Of a stretch of DNA of 64,000 nucleotides, positions 33,360-42,786 are shown piece by piece. Source of the stretch: a phage; assembly GCA_033648345.1 (NCBI GenBank), contig GCA_033648345.1_4121.1; one strand, 5' to 3'. The notes beneath the pieces were generated by a model. It was not told where the DNA came from. It did not search any database and saw nothing but the letters and a program-made list of their open reading frames with translations. The first letter of the stretch is position 1, and every line of letters starts with the position of its first letter. A program made the position numbers and the translations under genes.

Positions 33360-33623
33360 ATGAAAATGATTAATTTAAGTAAAGATGAATATACCGAGCG
33401 TATGACAAAAATTACGCACAAACGTAATACAATCTATCACAACCCAGAAATTCAACACAGTAAGAAGATGATTATGATGCGTGAGTTAAAGATGGGTGTA
33501 TTCTTAGGAACAAACTATCAAGATACAGAAGTAAATCGCTTAATCGCGGAGTTACTACTGGAAATCAAAGGTAAGCTGTACTTTTATCAAATGACCCGTC
33601 CACTAAGGTGTACTGATCGATGA
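33360..33623 (+). CDS. FamB small paralog
   Basis: LGTNYQDTEV; start moved to MKMINLSK. Confidence 0.6.
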   Translation: MKMINLSKDEYTERMTKITHKRNTIYHNPEIQHSKKMIMMRELKMGVFLGTNYQDTEVNRLIAELLLEIKGKLYFYQMTRPLRCTDR

Positions 33624-33862
33624 ATATTGTGAATAACATCAGAATAGCAGAAAGATTTGATAGAATTGGGGAAGCTCTGAGAAGATACGATAAAGAATAT
33701 GGTCATTTAAGCTTTTCTATAGAAAAGAGATATGAACTTGAAGCAGAGTTTAAAATGCAGTTCCTCTTAGGTACACAGTATCAAAACCAATATGTAGAAA
33801 AATGGATTTCACTTTTAATCCAGACAATTTACGTAAGGAACATTAAATGCAAAATGAAATGA
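33620..33862 (+). CDS. FamB small paralog
   Basis: LGTQYQNQYV. Confidence 0.65.
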   Translation: MNIVNNIRIAERFDRIGEALRRYDKEYGHLSFSIEKRYELEAEFKMQFLLGTQYQNQYVEKWISLLIQTIYVRNIKCKMK

Positions 33863-34107
33863 TATACTTAACACATGATGAGTTAACAGAAAGACTAGAT
33901 AAATCCAAAAAACTTACAAATAAACTTCCTCACAACACAAACCAAACCCCAGCGGAAAGGAGTGCAGAAGTTTTATTCCAAACATTACCATACCTTCTTG
34001 GAACTGATAGGCAAGAGTATCACATTGAACGTATAATTAAATATCTCAAAATTACTATTAAGGAAAAAGTAAATGCAAATGCAAATGAAATACTTAACAG
34101 ACGATGA
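33847..34107 (+). CDS. FamB small paralog
   Basis: LGTDRQEYHI. Confidence 0.65.
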   Translation: MQNEMIYLTHDELTERLDKSKKLTNKLPHNTNQTPAERSAEVLFQTLPYLLGTDRQEYHIERIIKYLKITIKEKVNANANEILNRR

Positions 34108-34330
34108 GTTAAAAGAACGATTAATTAAATCCAGAAAACTTACAAATCAACTTCCAATCGACACAAACAAGTCACATGCCGAAAGGAGTGCAGAAGTTTT
34201 ATACATTCAACTCCTGTACTTTCTTGGAACTGACAGACAAGAGTATTACATTGAAAGTATGCTTCGATATCTTAAATTCTCTATAAAGGAAAAGATACAT
34301 GCTCAAGAATTTAAAAATCCTAACAGTTAA
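34073..34330 (+). CDS. FamB small paralog
   Basis: LGTDRQEYYI; near-duplicate of 33847..34107. Confidence 0.65.
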   Translation: MQMQMKYLTDDELKERLIKSRKLTNQLPIDTNKSHAERSAEVLYIQLLYFLGTDRQEYYIESMLRYLKFSIKEKIHAQEFKNPNS

Positions 34331-34556
34331 TGAATATCATAAGATTGTAATGAAAACTAATAGTGCAATTTCTAAAAAATCAAACCCAAAGTACATACTG
34401 GAACACACATTCGAAGAACGCCAATTAGCTCTAGTTGAAGCAAAACTTCTTGCACTCCTAGGAACAAACTATCAGGAAGAATACATTAGAAAACTAATAT
34501 ACCTTTTAACTAAACACATCAGGAAAAGAAAAAAGCATGAAGCACTTGACAGATGA
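34299..34556 (+). CDS. FamB small paralog
   Basis: LGTNYQEEYI. Confidence 0.65.
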   Translation: MLKNLKILTVNEYHKIVMKTNSAISKKSNPKYILEHTFEERQLALVEAKLLALLGTNYQEEYIRKLIYLLTKHIRKRKKHEALDR

Positions 34557-34767
34557 TGAACATGGGCTTATAGTAATGGATGTAATCAACATCGAATACA
34601 AAAAGTTGATACGCTACCGTTGTTATGAAGATAAGCAACTCGTTCTAGCAGAACAGAAGTTGTTTCGACTCTTAAACACAAACTTCCAAGCACAATACGA
34701 AGAATCGTATTTGTACCTACTGTCGAGGAAAGCAAAAAGAGATTATGAAAATTTTAAGCCACAGTGA
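34537..34767 (+). CDS. FamB small paralog
   Basis: LNTNFQAQYE. Confidence 0.6.
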   Translation: MKHLTDDEHGLIVMDVINIEYKKLIRYRCYEDKQLVLAEQKLFRLLNTNFQAQYEESYLYLLSRKAKRDYENFKPQ

Positions 34768-34960
34768 ACAAACAGAATTGTTAATCTTTAATACAAGTAA
34801 ATTCTTAAACATAACATTGTCTGATATAGATGATGATGAAAAAGAGTTACTTAGAGCAGATTTAAGAGTTCTTTTATATATTGGAACTAACTTCCAAGAG
34901 CAATTCGTTGAGGACTACATCGATGAACTTAAAGAATCTGTACTGAGAACATGCAAATGA
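34745..34960 (+). CDS. FamB small paralog
   Basis: IGTNFQEQFV. Confidence 0.65.
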   Translation: MKILSHSEQTELLIFNTSKFLNITLSDIDDDEKELLRADLRVLLYIGTNFQEQFVEDYIDELKESVLRTCK

Positions 34961-35184
34961 AAATCCTTTCACCAAGTGAATACCACGAACTATTAAGTAG
35001 TTTAATTCTAAAATTGTATATAGCAAAGACCACAGATTTACCTGATGAAGAAAAAAATATTCTAATGAGTGAAATCTATGTTAATTCTACCCTAGGGACT
35101 AACTATCAAGAATGTAATATTAATGATTACATCAAAGAACTAAAAAGGTTTATCCAATGCAAATGCGAATCATTACCGAAGTAG
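34951..35184 (+). CDS. FamB small paralog
   Basis: LGTNYQECNI. Confidence 0.65.
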   Translation: MQMKILSPSEYHELLSSLILKLYIAKTTDLPDEEKNILMSEIYVNSTLGTNYQECNINDYIKELKRFIQCKCESLPK

Positions 35185-35408
35185 AATACCTAACAATCAT
35201 AAATGGACTGTTTTCGAAGTTATTTGCCATTAACACATCAAAACTTCCAGATACTGATAAAATTATTAAGTTAAATGAAATCTACGTTCAAGCTACTCTA
35301 GGAACAAACTATCAAGAAGCCAATGTGTATAATTACATTAATACACTCAAAAGGGTAATAAAATTAAAATGCACAGACAGCACAAACAGCCAATACACAA
35401 ACCCCTAG
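35157..35408 (+). CDS. FamB small paralog
   Basis: LGTNYQEANV. Confidence 0.65.
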   Translation: MQMRIITEVEYLTIINGLFSKLFAINTSKLPDTDKIIKLNEIYVQATLGTNYQEANVYNYINTLKRVIKLKCTDSTNSQYTNP

Positions 35409-35608
35409 GAACAGCAGAATACATTGAACTAATGGCTGCAAACTTCTCATCCTTTAAGAAACTGATGCAAGAATCAAATAATGATTTAGAATATCATATC
35501 AAAAGTTCAGATTTAAGAATGCTTCTCACCCTAGACACAGATTCCCAAGAGCGATTTGTCAATGAGCATATTAGAGCACTTTTAAATGGCATCAGGGATA
35601 AACTATGA
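35369..35608 (+). CDS. FamB small paralog
   Basis: LDTDSQERFV. Confidence 0.6.
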   Translation: MHRQHKQPIHKPLGTAEYIELMAANFSSFKKLMQESNNDLEYHIKSSDLRMLLTLDTDSQERFVNEHIRALLNGIRDKL

Positions 35609-35820
35609 AGGAAATATCAAATCAAGAGTACTTGGCACTATTCAGGAAGAATAATCACAAATATATGGCACTTGATTCAAGAACTGATATAAGTGAACTT
35701 GAAAAAAATCTTTTGCGTTCAGAGATGATAGTACTGACACTCTTAGGAACACAGCATCAAGAGAGAACTGTTAATTCACACATAGAGATTCTTATGCAGA
35801 TAGTACAGGAAAAGATATGA
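35605..35820 (+). CDS. FamB small paralog
   Basis: LGTQHQERTV. Confidence 0.65.
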   Translation: MKEISNQEYLALFRKNNHKYMALDSRTDISELEKNLLRSEMIVLTLLGTQHQERTVNSHIEILMQIVQEKI

Positions 35821-36038
35821 GAATCATAACACAACAAGATATGCTTAAGTTCGCAAGGGTTCATGCATCTGAATTTGATGCTATATTATCAAAAAGTTAC
35901 AACAACCCTTATACACAAGATGTACATTACAGTGAATTATGGATGTATATACTTTTAGGTACAGATCATCAAGAGCAAGCAGTACAGAAGTATTTGACAG
36001 CTTTACGTGATGCTACAGCTAATGGAGTACGTGTTTAA
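35817..36038 (+). CDS. FamB small paralog
   Basis: LGTDHQEQAV. Confidence 0.65.
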   Translation: MRIITQQDMLKFARVHASEFDAILSKSYNNPYTQDVHYSELWMYILLGTDHQEQAVQKYLTALRDATANGVRV

Positions 36039-36039
36039 T

Positions 36040-36282
36040 ATGAAAGTACTGACAGAACTAGAAATGTATCATAGATTTAATAAGTACTATCATTTACTTA
36101 AGCCTATACAGAGGATTAAATGTCCATTTGAAGAGAAACAGGTTTTAATCTATGAGCACAAGTTCTTTGTATCATTAGGTACAGATCAACAAGAGTACTA
36201 TTTGACGTTGTACTTGATTACATTAATAGATTTCATTCACTATAAAACCACACAATCTAATAAAGAGAAATATGAAAACTAA
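36040..36282 (+). CDS. FamB small paralog
   Basis: LGTDQQEYYL; start moved to MKVLTELEMY. Confidence 0.6.
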   Translation: MKVLTELEMYHRFNKYYHLLKPIQRIKCPFEEKQVLIYEHKFFVSLGTDQQEYYLTLYLITLIDFIHYKTTQSNKEKYEN

Positions 36283-36616
36283 TATACAACTCAAGGTATA
36301 TAAATCCTATGAACATATATATATCAAAAGTAGTCTATGTAGAGATGTAATGGACTACAAGGGTAAGCCATTCACAATTACGTATGATTCTTATATTAAT
36401 GATTTATATATATCATTTGTTAATTACGAAAATAAAATATACAAGCACGTTGATATTAAAGATTTAAGTACTTTATCACCAGAGGAATACTTTCAAGAAT
36501 CATTAGTATGGGATTTAGAATTTCCTATGCCATTAGTACATAAAATGATAGTACTAATGAAAGAAGCTAAACAGGAGCCTAATGGTGATTATGAAGAACA
36601 CATTATTGAGTACTGA
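36272..36616 (+). CDS. FamC paralog (short form) at the FamB/FamC border
   Basis: SPEEYFQESLVWD motif. Confidence 0.65.
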   Translation: MKTNIQLKVYKSYEHIYIKSSLCRDVMDYKGKPFTITYDSYINDLYISFVNYENKIYKHVDIKDLSTLSPEEYFQESLVWDLEFPMPLVHKMIVLMKEAKQEPNGDYEEHIIEY

Positions 36617-36619
36617 ACA

Positions 36620-36835
36620 ATGAAAAGATTATCATACAAAGATTACACCAATCTTATCAGGACTTTACAACCAGAAATTAGAAGAATTAATTCTCTTCCT
36701 ATATCTAATGAAGAATGTTCAGTACTGAAAGATGAGTTAATCTTAAAACACACAGTAGGAACAAACTATCAAGCTGATAGTGTTCGATATTTAATTTGGG
36801 GGTTGATGTGTCAAATAAAGTCCAGACAAGCTTGA
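36620..36835 (+). CDS. FamB small paralog
   Basis: VGTNYQADSV. Confidence 0.65.
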   Translation: MKRLSYKDYTNLIRTLQPEIRRINSLPISNEECSVLKDELILKHTVGTNYQADSVRYLIWGLMCQIKSRQA

Positions 36836-36860
36836 CAGTACTCTTCATTACTGCTATAGT
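36832..36860 (+). promoter_or_regulatory. sigma70-type promoter
   Basis: TTGACA-17-TATAGT. Confidence 0.5.
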
Positions 36861-36890
36861 ACACTAACGTTAATCATTAGGGTAAAAATT

Positions 36891-37136
36891 ATGTTAAATT
36901 TTTTAAATTTCCTTATCGTCTTGTGTATTGTTCTTGGGATTGCACCATTTGTATTGTATTTCATGGATTCAGATGAAATGCAGAAGATGAATTGCACAAA
37001 GACAGGACAGAGTAGAGTAGAGACGATTCTTATGCCTGTTACCGTTATTGTTAATAATATGCCCATTACAAACATGGTCCCTACCCTAACGACAACGTAC
37101 CAGTACTCTTGTACAGACGGAGAGAGGTGGAGATAA
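36891..37136 (+). CDS. Small membrane protein (N-terminal TM helix)
   Basis: MLNFLNFLIVLCIVLGIAPFVLYF hydrophobic N-terminus. Confidence 0.55.
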   Translation: MLNFLNFLIVLCIVLGIAPFVLYFMDSDEMQKMNCTKTGQSRVETILMPVTVIVNNMPITNMVPTLTTTYQYSCTDGERWR

Positions 37137-37459
37137 TGCGTAAGTTCAATTGTATTGTACGTAAGAATTCATGTTACATTGTAGTAGCTGATTTTAATAC
37201 AGGTTCTGGGTTGAAGATATTTGAGTACAGAAAATGCAATAATTCTTTTCATTGGAAATTGGGTGCAAGAAAAGCAAAAACAATTTCAGTACCGAATTTA
37301 TGTTCTATCTCTGAAGAAGAAGAGTTTCAGTACTTGTTAGTACATGATGATTCTTTAGGATTTACATTCGAAGATATGAAGGAAGTACAAAAGCAGATGA
37401 TTGCACATTGTCATCTTCCAAAGAATTTTGTTCAACGCGTATGTGAATTCTACATATAA
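37136..37459 (+). CDS. FamC paralog (short form)
   Basis: SEEEEFQYLLVHDD; start moved to MRKFNC. Confidence 0.6.
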   Translation: MRKFNCIVRKNSCYIVVADFNTGSGLKIFEYRKCNNSFHWKLGARKAKTISVPNLCSISEEEEFQYLLVHDDSLGFTFEDMKEVQKQMIAHCHLPKNFVQRVCEFYI

Positions 37460-37468
37460 GAGAAGAAT

Positions 37469-37780
37469 ATGAAATTTAATATAGCAAAAACATCGAGTAT
37501 ATGTATTTTTGGTTATGCAGAAGAGTTAGGTGATATTGACATTCTTTTGTACAAAAAGGATGGTGTTATGCATTTCAAGTACCAGGATGAAGAGGCAGAC
37601 AATTATCTTTTACCTAATTTAGTACACATGCAGGAAGAGGAATTATTCCAGTACAGCCTTGTGTACGACATTGATATTTGCACGATGCCAGTATTAATTA
37701 GTATTCAAAAAGTGATGCTCGATATGTATGATAAGCTAATACAAGGTATGTCAGGGAGGATCATTGAAATTGATATATAA
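37469..37780 (+). CDS. FamC paralog (short form)
   Basis: QEEELFQYSLVYD. Confidence 0.65.
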   Translation: MKFNIAKTSSICIFGYAEELGDIDILLYKKDGVMHFKYQDEEADNYLLPNLVHMQEEELFQYSLVYDIDICTMPVLISIQKVMLDMYDKLIQGMSGRIIEIDI

Positions 37781-37808
37781 GAATTTACCTAAAGGAGATG
37801 CAATATAA

Positions 37809-38060
37809 ATGTACAAAAAAATAAACCGTTATTTGTATGCATCAAAGTACAGGGATTTTTGTTTACAAGGGGGAGATGACGATTTTGCTCTGAGGTTATC
37901 GGAATTTAATATGTTATTTTATCTTGGTACATCAGTACAAGAAGAAATGGTACAGAAATTTCTCAATCACCTTGGACGAAAAATTAATATACAAATTTTG
38001 ATGCTTAAGTTACAGAATGAGATAAATGAATATGAATCCAGAAATAGTTCAGGATCTTAA
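37809..38060 (+). CDS. FamB-like gene embedded in the FamC array
   Basis: YLGTSVQEEMVQKFLNHL. Confidence 0.55.
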   Translation: MYKKINRYLYASKYRDFCLQGGDDDFALRLSEFNMLFYLGTSVQEEMVQKFLNHLGRKINIQILMLKLQNEINEYESRNSSGS

Positions 38061-38436
38061 AAAAGTAATATTTCTTTTGAATACAAGAAGCTCTTTATAT
38101 AAGGAGTTCAAGGATATTAAAACATCGTGTAATATAGATTTTTTTGAAACCATACATGCGGAGTTTCGTGATTTAATTGCAGATGCATTGTTTGAATTTT
38201 CCGAGAAATATCAAGGTACAGTCTTCGGTGTTAAGAATGTTCTTCGTCCAAGTACAGGTACAAGGAAGATTGAGTTATCACATTTTACAATTGGTAACAA
38301 CGATTTATTCAGTTATAACCCCAGTACATCTTTATATTTTATTCCTGTTTCAGACAAAAATCATCCTATTCATTACGGATGGATTATATCTTATACAATA
38401 AATGGGACGGAGTATCCTATTAAATGGCACGATTAG
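38026..38436 (+). CDS. Hypothetical protein (136 aa), no family motif
   Basis: Track ORF. Confidence 0.5.
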   Translation: MNMNPEIVQDLKKVIFLLNTRSSLYKEFKDIKTSCNIDFFETIHAEFRDLIADALFEFSEKYQGTVFGVKNVLRPSTGTRKIELSHFTIGNNDLFSYNPSTSLYFIPVSDKNHPIHYGWIISYTINGTEYPIKWHD

Positions 38437-38453
38437 GGTGTGAAGATTATAAT

Positions 38454-38576
38454 ATGAATATATTATTAAGAAATATTAATGCAGATTATTGTGTATGGGT
38501 TAAGAATAGAGATATGATGTATTATGATTTTTATTTAGATTGTGCCATTAAGCGTTTTTTAAGAGAAGAACATTAA
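38454..38576 (+). CDS. Small hypothetical ORF (40 aa)
   Basis: Manual translation; overlaps the next start; low confidence. Confidence 0.3.
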   Translation: MNILLRNINADYCVWVKNRDMMYYDFYLDCAIKRFLREEH

Positions 38577-38758
38577 TGAAAACCGTTAATACAAAAGCAA
38601 TAAATGATTTAAATGATTCTTTATTAGTAAGTATCAAGATGTATTACAATATACATTTAAAGGGTGGTATAGATAATTACAATTATTATCTTTCATTAGT
38701 TACAATAGAACATTTAAATTATATAGATCAGTTATTACATCCAAATCCACCAAATTAA
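38576..38758 (+). CDS. Small hypothetical protein (60 aa)
   Basis: Track ORF. Confidence 0.45.
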   Translation: MKTVNTKAINDLNDSLLVSIKMYYNIHLKGGIDNYNYYLSLVTIEHLNYIDQLLHPNPPN

Positions 38759-38769
38759 GGAATACCAAT

Positions 38770-39330
38770 ATGAATGATATTGAGTTATTGGTACATAAGA
38801 TTTGCACAATATCGTTTGTGCTGAACAATTCGAATACAGTACAGAGTTCCCTTTTAAGAATTAATAAAGTTGGGAGTAGTTTATATTTGGAAGTAAAAGC
38901 TGGTTTTGCAGGACAGTACAATGATAAAATCAAAGAAGAAGTTAAGGGAAGTGAAGATGCTTACATTGAGGTTTGTGCAACAGTTGGTTCAAATCCAATT
39001 TCAGTATCACCGTTAATGCGAAATGAAAATTCAGAATTTGATTCCAGTTTTGAAGGTTATTTGTGGTACAATTATGGTGATGATTATTTTATATATCAAA
39101 ATTCCAAAACGGATTATAGTGAAGAAGGTATAAAATTCATTGATCCTTACAATGAAGCAGAAGTATTTCAGACATCCCTAATATACAATACAAATCAAAT
39201 GAAGTATCTTATGTTGTTTAGTACAATGCATTTGAATCCATTGAAAGATAATTTAAAATTTTTCATTCGTTTAGAATTAGTTGATATTGCTTATGATCTT
39301 TTAATGCAAGGATATAGTTATGAAGTATAA
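38770..39330 (+). CDS. FamC paralog (long form)
   Basis: NEAEVFQTSLIYN. Confidence 0.65.
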   Translation: MNDIELLVHKICTISFVLNNSNTVQSSLLRINKVGSSLYLEVKAGFAGQYNDKIKEEVKGSEDAYIEVCATVGSNPISVSPLMRNENSEFDSSFEGYLWYNYGDDYFIYQNSKTDYSEEGIKFIDPYNEAEVFQTSLIYNTNQMKYLMLFSTMHLNPLKDNLKFFIRLELVDIAYDLLMQGYSYEV

Positions 39331-39631
39331 AATGCTGTATACATTAACATTAATATATGTAGAATTAGAATCCGATTCAGATGCATGGAATTTGGTTAAA
39401 GAGGTCGATACCAATCAATGGTACATGGCAAATTTAGACGAACATGTTGTTACGGATTATTTTATAGATTTTAATACATTATCTGAAGAAGAATTTTTCC
39501 AAATGCAATTGGTGGTTGACATGTACGGACATGACATGGTAACATTAAGAAATATACAGAAAGTAGTTAATGAATTCCAAAGCAAGAAAGATTATGAGGT
39601 AGGAGCGTATTATGACATCGACGTACAGTGA
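39320..39631 (+). CDS. FamC paralog (short form)
   Basis: LSEEEFFQMQLVVD. Confidence 0.65.
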   Translation: MKYKMLYTLTLIYVELESDSDAWNLVKEVDTNQWYMANLDEHVVTDYFIDFNTLSEEEFFQMQLVVDMYGHDMVTLRNIQKVVNEFQSKKDYEVGAYYDIDVQ

Positions 39632-39978
39632 AAGCAATGAGTACAATAGTTATGATATATAAAATGCTTTATACAGTATCGGGGATATATGTAGAATTAG
39701 AACCCGATTATCCAGATGGATGGAATTTTATTAAACGCTCCGAAAGAAATACATGGCACATGGCACATTTGGATAATGACGTAATATTAGACAATTTTGT
39801 GGATTTTAATACATTATCAGAAGAAGAATTCTTCCAAATGCAATGTGTGCTTGACACAAAAGGATTTGATGTGCTATTATTAAAGAATATACAAAAAGCT
39901 GTTAACGAATTAATATCCAATGACGAGTTAGGCAAAGTGAGGCTGTTCCATGATCTCGAAGTACCGTACCAGCAATGA
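39628..39978 (+). CDS. FamC paralog (short form)
   Basis: LSEEEFFQMQCVLD; near-duplicate of 39320..39631. Confidence 0.65.
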   Translation: MKAMSTIVMIYKMLYTVSGIYVELEPDYPDGWNFIKRSERNTWHMAHLDNDVILDNFVDFNTLSEEEFFQMQCVLDTKGFDVLLLKNIQKAVNELISNDELGKVRLFHDLEVPYQQ

Positions 39979-40519
39979 AATTCAGTACACCTACGCTAAT
40001 GCCATTCTTATGGGACAAAAGTTAGCTTGTATTGTTGCAGCCTTATATAATGTACAGAAAGCAGCACATAATAAAAAACCATATACAAGAATCATTAACG
40101 CATTCATGGGGTTTAAACCATCTGATTTTGATTCACATATTGCGTGCACAAGTTATTTTGACAAACGATTCAATACACCTGATACCCCAAATGCCCGTAG
40201 TGTTATTAGTCTTTTACAGTTTAATCCAACACCAGTTATATCAAAGAATGATTTGGATTACACATGGTACAATTCAAATCAAGATTCATTTTATTCTAAT
40301 GATCAATCGATTGAATATAATAAAATTAAATCAGAGGAAGCATTTTTTCAGGAATCATTATTTACACATGAACGTTCTTTGTTTTATAGTGTTATGTTGA
40401 GTACAGTATACAATAGTCCATTACACAAGAATAACAAAATTAATTTCAGTTTTTGTGCTTATGCGATTGATGGTGTTTATGAGTGCTTAATGGAGGTATT
40501 GAGTTATGAAGCTGAATAA
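39950..40519 (+). CDS. FamC paralog (long form)
   Basis: SEEAFFQESLFTHE. Confidence 0.6.
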   Translation: MISKYRTSNEIQYTYANAILMGQKLACIVAALYNVQKAAHNKKPYTRIINAFMGFKPSDFDSHIACTSYFDKRFNTPDTPNARSVISLLQFNPTPVISKNDLDYTWYNSNQDSFYSNDQSIEYNKIKSEEAFFQESLFTHERSLFYSVMLSTVYNSPLHKNNKINFSFCAYAIDGVYECLMEVLSYEAE

Positions 40520-40847
40520 TACATTTGATATTAAGAAGTTAAGAGAATGGTTTTATAGTATTGAAATTGAAGCCATTCCTTATCATACATATGAACAAAG
40601 TGATTTACAAAGTATTGATATCAGAGAGTTGTACAAATATTATCAGAGTGCATTAGAGATGCATAAGTTATTTTTGAGTACAAATTTCATTCTAAATTAC
40701 AATTTTGAGGAATTTAATAATTATAATTTAGTACAGAAATATGTAGTAGCAAAGTACATGTACAATCAAGGTATCAAAGGTTGCCTCGAATTCAATACCG
40801 TTCTTATTTTAGTTGAGGTAATTTTATGCACCGCATGTCTGATTTAG
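40506..40847 (+). CDS. Hypothetical protein (degenerate FamC-like)
   Basis: Track ORF; motif not evident. Confidence 0.45.
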   Translation: MKLNNTFDIKKLREWFYSIEIEAIPYHTYEQSDLQSIDIRELYKYYQSALEMHKLFLSTNFILNYNFEEFNNYNLVQKYVVAKYMYNQGIKGCLEFNTVLILVEVILCTACLI

Positions 40848-41323
40848 AGTTCAGTTTAGATGCAGCCTTTAAATTTGTTCACAAAATAGAAACAATATAT
40901 CGTACATTATGTGCAATAACATCAGTATCAAAAGAGTTTGATGTTGGTGAAAGGTATCAGGTGTGGAATAATTCATTTTATAATAAAGAACATTCTGCGA
41001 CGGCATTTTATATTTTAGCATTTAATCCCAGCAATTGTTACCCTGAGAAGCATGAACGTTATCCAAATGACGACATGTGGTTTGAGTACAAAGAAGATGC
41101 TGATATGTCGTCAATTGTAGTTCCTGATGATTTTAATGCACAAGATTTAACAGAAGAGTGGTGGTTCCAGCAGAATTTAGTACATGATGATATTGATTTA
41201 TTTTTCTATATTGCATTTAAAATGCTTTATCACAACAATATAGTTAAAGAAAGTTTATCGTTTTCATGTCTATATATTGATGATTTGTACAATGAAATTC
41301 AAATAAACATGCCTGTATCGTAA
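40826..41323 (+). CDS. FamC paralog (long form)
   Basis: TEEWWFQQNLVHDD. Confidence 0.65.
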   Translation: MHRMSDLEFSLDAAFKFVHKIETIYRTLCAITSVSKEFDVGERYQVWNNSFYNKEHSATAFYILAFNPSNCYPEKHERYPNDDMWFEYKEDADMSSIVVPDDFNAQDLTEEWWFQQNLVHDDIDLFFYIAFKMLYHNNIVKESLSFSCLYIDDLYNEIQINMPVS

Positions 41324-41341
41324 GATATGGGCTTTTTTTGT

Positions 41342-41370
41342 TTGACACGAGTACAAATGCATGGTACAAT
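41342..41370 (+). promoter_or_regulatory. sigma70-type promoter inside the FamC array
   Basis: TTGACA-17-TACAAT. Confidence 0.5.
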
Positions 41371-41396
41371 GTGTAATCATTTTTAAGGAGATACCT

Positions 41397-41972
41397 ATGG
41401 AAAATTTTAAAATACCAGATGATTTCAATTCAGTACAAGAGATTGTACACAAGGTTCATTATATTTTTAATGAATTAATTATTGCCAATTCATCCGGTAT
41501 GCAAATTGAGTTAAAGGATATTGATAGAGAAGAAGTTTTTTTGGGTTCCCCAAATTCAATCATTCCTTTTTATGGACAAGATCGTTTATGGTTCATGAGA
41601 GATACCCCAATTGACAAATACAAAATACAAACAAAATCAGAGTTTTATTCTATTTTTGAATATCTTAATATTACATTACAAACACAAGATATAAATGCAA
41701 TGAGTGCCATGAGTGCAGAGGATTATTTTCAGTACAGTACAGTGTATAGTCCAGAAGAAATCTTTGTTGTTATGCTCGTTGCAAAATTGAGTACAGTTGA
41801 TTTTGGGACGTACCCAAATAAATCATTCAAGATTATTATTCCTGCATTCGTCGATCTTTATGATTTCATTGTGCACAAGAAAGAAAGTACAGTGTACGAT
41901 ATGTATCGTTCAAATATCAGTTTATTTGCATCAAGTGCAGTAAATGCAGTGATTACAGGGGAATTAAAATGA
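41397..41972 (+). CDS. FamC paralog (long form)
   Basis: SAEDYFQYSTVYSPEE; start moved to MENFKIPDDF after SD AAGGAG. Confidence 0.65.
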   Translation: MENFKIPDDFNSVQEIVHKVHYIFNELIIANSSGMQIELKDIDREEVFLGSPNSIIPFYGQDRLWFMRDTPIDKYKIQTKSEFYSIFEYLNITLQTQDINAMSAMSAEDYFQYSTVYSPEEIFVVMLVAKLSTVDFGTYPNKSFKIIIPAFVDLYDFIVHKKESTVYDMYRSNISLFASSAVNAVITGELK

Positions 41973-42577
41973 ACATAGACCAATTAATGAAGTACAGTAC
42001 AAATACAATTCCAGTGCTAAGTAAAGCATTAGATGCATTCAATGCTAAGTACCCTGAAGGTTCAGAGTTAAATATTCCTTTTACCACAGAAGGAATTGTT
42101 GATACGTACATTGTAAACATCAGTAGTACAGGTATTGTTTTGAAGCAAAAGTACGGCGAAAGTGAATATTATGGATTGAAGCTGGATAATATTTCAGGAG
42201 AGAAGACACCTTATGAGTTTTGGGTTCCGAATAACATTGAGTCATGGAAAACAAATATTAATAAGAGAGACGAAAGAAATTTACCTCTTGTACAAAATAA
42301 TGAAAAAAGAATTGACGTATTTTATTATTACAGTACAGCCCAGTTTCCAGAAGAGATTTATTTAAATTCAGAGGTGCATGAAGATATTGAATCATTTTTC
42401 TTTCAGTTATCATTGGTACAGGATATCATGCCTGTGCAAATGTTCAGGGATGAAATAAATTTAGCGAAAGAGATTTCGGATATGTTACCTGAATTTAGTG
42501 TTCTTTATGGTAGTAGAGCTTTACCTGAAAATGTATACAAAGAATTTATTTCCATTGTTAAAGGGTTGAATATATAA
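41969..42577 (+). CDS. FamC paralog (long form)
   Basis: ESFFFQLSLVQD. Confidence 0.65.
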   Translation: MNIDQLMKYSTNTIPVLSKALDAFNAKYPEGSELNIPFTTEGIVDTYIVNISSTGIVLKQKYGESEYYGLKLDNISGEKTPYEFWVPNNIESWKTNINKRDERNLPLVQNNEKRIDVFYYYSTAQFPEEIYLNSEVHEDIESFFFQLSLVQDIMPVQMFRDEINLAKEISDMLPEFSVLYGSRALPENVYKEFISIVKGLNI

Positions 42578-42578
42578 T

Positions 42579-42773
42579 ATGACCGCCTATGATATCAAAC
42601 AAAGGCATACGAAGTTTGATTTGTTCACATACCAATTCCACAATGATATAGTGAATTTTAACATCAATGCGTCATTGCATCCTACATCACAAGATGATTT
42701 TGACAACAGAGTGCTTAACATCGTGGTGCTTTTGTGTTATAATCATTTCAGTGAATATTTTAACACAAGATAA
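42579..42773 (+). CDS. Small hypothetical protein (64 aa)
   Basis: Track ORF. Confidence 0.45.
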   Translation: MTAYDIKQRHTKFDLFTYQFHNDIVNFNINASLHPTSQDDFDNRVLNIVVLLCYNHFSEYFNTR

Positions 42774-42786
42774 GGTTGAGGCACAC

